Assembly: GCA_950097015.1 (NCBI GenBank)
Contig: CATNEN010000034.1
Coordinates: 5,642,001-5,706,000, forward strand
Reading direction: 5' to 3'
DNA: 64,000 nucleotides
DNA from: Macrostomum hystrix
Lineage: Eukaryota; Animalia; Platyhelminthes
Positions 61,851 through 64,000 of this stretch are shown in pieces; positions within the stretch are counted from its first letter, which is position 1, and every line of letters starts with the position of its first letter. The notes beneath the pieces were generated by a model that saw nothing but the letters and a program-made list of their open reading frames with translations, was not told where the DNA came from and searched no databases. A program made the translations under genes and the position numbers.

Positions 61851-62031
61851 TTGTTAGGCATTCATCAAATATAATTCGATCTAGATTGATGTCTTCTATA
61901 TATATTTAGCAATTGAAAAAAGCTTCGTCGATTTCAAATCACATTCACGACTATTTAATGATATATTTTTAGCATCAATAATCAATAATTGAACATATGT
62001 CTATATCTCAAACAGCTTTACTCAACGGGTG

Positions 62032-62292
62032 CTATTTCTCATCGCACCTGCCTATGAACATGCTGGCGGATCTGGGCCAATAGCAGGTGAGATTGGCACA
62101 GCACTCGGTGTCAAAATAGCAGGCCATCTCGCGGCTTTGACAGCTGATTCCAGGCTTGACGCATGCCAGTGTGGGCTCGGGTTGACAGGCAAGCAGCAGA
62201 AAAGCGGAGAATAGCACAGTCAGCACTGGAAGGAGGCTTGACTGTATACTTACTGATTGTCCCAAATGTACCGGAGGCAGAGCTGCAGTCAT
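62032..62292 (-). CDS. Secreted cysteine-knot (ICK/knottin-like) peptide precursor, 86 aa
   Basis: Single ATG-TAG ORF with hydrophobic signal core LLPVLTVLFSAFLLLA. Mature region CVKPGISCQSREMACYFDTECCANLTCYWPRSASMFIGRCDEK contains C-x6-C-x5-CC-x4-C-x12-C. Confidence 0.72.
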   Translation of the reverse strand: MTAALPPVHLGQSVSIQSSLLPVLTVLFSAFLLLACQPEPTLACVKPGISCQSREMACYFDTECCANLTCYWPRSASMFIGRCDEK

Positions 62293-62679
62293 GGCTCATT
62301 CAGCTGGCTGGCTTCCTAATCTGAACTATTTTTAATTGAATAAGATTTTATATATTGAAGTCCATCACTAACGCATTTCGTTGAGAACTTTGAGCTAGGG
62401 TTAGGCCATAGACTAGGAGCCAGCTACCAAGTACTAATGCGGGCCAAAGATCGAAGCCGAAATACGACAGCAGGCTTGATTGACAGTGGAGAGATGAGAC
62501 ACGCGAGAGATGAGACACGTGAGAGTTGAGACAGTGGAGATATGAGATAGGGCTGTTAGTATTTGAAGGGGCCTGTAGTGGTTCGGATTCGGTAGCTTTT
62601 GACCGACCCAGCCATCAACGAAATAAATCGGAAAGTCATGTGACATTCTATGAATTAGCTGTGCAGCAGAAGCCGTCGC

Positions 62680-63062
62680 TAGAATCTCCACAGGATTCCT
62701 AGTTAGAATCACCACAGGATTCCTAGTTAGAATCGCCACAGGATTCCTAGTTAGAATCTCCACAGGATTCCTAGTTAGAATCACCACAGGATTCGTAGTT
62801 AGAATCGCCACAGGATTCGTAGTTAGAATCGCCACAGGATTCGCAGTTAGAATCGCCACAGGATTCGCAGTTAGAATCGCCACAGGATTCGCATTTAGAA
62901 TCGCCACAGGATTCGTATTTAGAATCGCCACAGGATTCGCACCTGGAATTGCCACAGAATTCGCAGTTTGAATCGCCATAGGATTCGCAGTTAGAATCGC
63001 CACAGGATTCGTATTTAGAATCGCCACAGGATTCTTATCTGGAATCGCCGTTGCTAGAATCG
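62680..63062. repeat. 24-bp minisatellite, ~15 copies
   Basis: Unit GTTAGAATCGCCACAGGATTCGCA (variants CCTA/CGTA). Confidence 0.93.
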
Positions 63063-63755
63063 CAGCAGAATCGAAATAAAACCTTGCAGGTTTAACGATA
63101 AATGGAATTTGCCAGAGCAACACCTACGAGCTACTATGAGTAGCTTCACTCAGCAGTTGAAAAAGCTTCACCAATAGGGTCACGGGCACTGACTGGACAG
63201 GGCAAATATAGCGGACACAGCGAATGAACTTCAACTGGAGAGCAACATTTTTGCACAGATAAAAAAAGAGAATTCACAAGGCTTCTTGTGGTGCTTAGGA
63301 AAGGGAAAGTTTGTTTTCTAGCGTCCTCCTTAGCAAAGGCTGTCGAAAAAGGAAAGAAGTTGTCTACGGAAGTCAAAACACCTGCGAAAGGTAAGCGATA
63401 ACATGTTTCCTAGAATTCCCACGAATATCCAGCTACAGAAGTTTCTCTTTCCTCTAGAAGGAGCAGCTGGGACCTGTACAGCTGAGACTGGGATATTTGA
63501 GAGCGGGCCGAGAATTCCCCGGCCCCGGCCGCTAAAGCCATCGATATTTTCTTTCTGGAACTGTGTTTGCCTATAGAGACTGAAGAGGGGGAGGCCCATA
63601 TAGGTAAACATTGGTTCTGCCGAACTTTCATTTCGGTGCGTCAGGGCCTTACGGCAAACCGCGCTGATATTCAATCAATTCAATGTCAAACATCATTCAG
63701 TTTCTGCTCAGAACAGTTTAACACGAATTAGCACGAACTTCTCTTCTCTCCCGTT

Positions 63756-64000
63756 TCTTCTCTTCTCTTCTCTTCTCTTCTCTTCTCTTCTCTTCTCTTC
63801 TCTTCTCTTCTCTTCTCTTCTCTTCTCTTCTCTTCTCTTCTCTTCTCTTCTCTTCTCTTCTCTTCTCTTCTCTTCTCTTCTCTTCTCTTCTCTTCTCTTC
63901 TCTTCTCTTCTCTTCTCTTCTCTTCTCTTCTCTTCTCTTCTCTTCTCTTCTCTTCTCTTCTCTTCTCTTCTCTTCTCTTCTCTTCTCTTCTCTTCTCTTC
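63756..64000. repeat. (TCTTC)n pentanucleotide microsatellite, at least 49 copies, runs off the window end
   Basis: Perfect TCTTC repeat. Confidence 0.99.

Noticed and set aside
63146-63674. ORFs near the window end as a gene or TE protein
   Set aside because: Multiple stops, non-ATG starts and no recognisable motif.

Overview
Eukaryotic (metazoan) genomic DNA: GC-rich spliced exons in AT-rich, minisatellite-dense intergenic sequence. The overall style suggests a free-living flatworm such as Macrostomum, but that is inference only. Plus-strand genes: a U3 snoRNA, a two-exon prohormone-like secreted protein, an intronless CUB + C-type lectin + GPI-signal gene, RPS25, an 85-aa membrane microprotein and a six-exon NR2E-class (PNR-like) nuclear receptor. 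Minus-strand genes: a six-exon Shisa-like single-pass membrane protein, HAUS6 with an in-frame 24-bp coding repeat, a 202-aa orphan ORF and a secreted knottin-like peptide. Mobile elements: a Helitron-like terminus, a decayed DD34D mariner, a 728-bp Mutator-like foldback element with a 9-bp TSD, a Ty3/gypsy-like remnant and CORE-like tRNA SINEs. About 15 tandem arrays are present, including a ~9 kb domain of related TCTAGA-containing satellites. No CRISPR, rRNA or intact tRNA genes were seen. No clearly new multi-gene system is demonstrable. The best novelty candidates are the prohormone, the knottin and the Shisa-like protein with an unassigned cytosolic domain. Exon coordinates and phases were worked out by hand; family assignments come from remembered motifs, not database searches.
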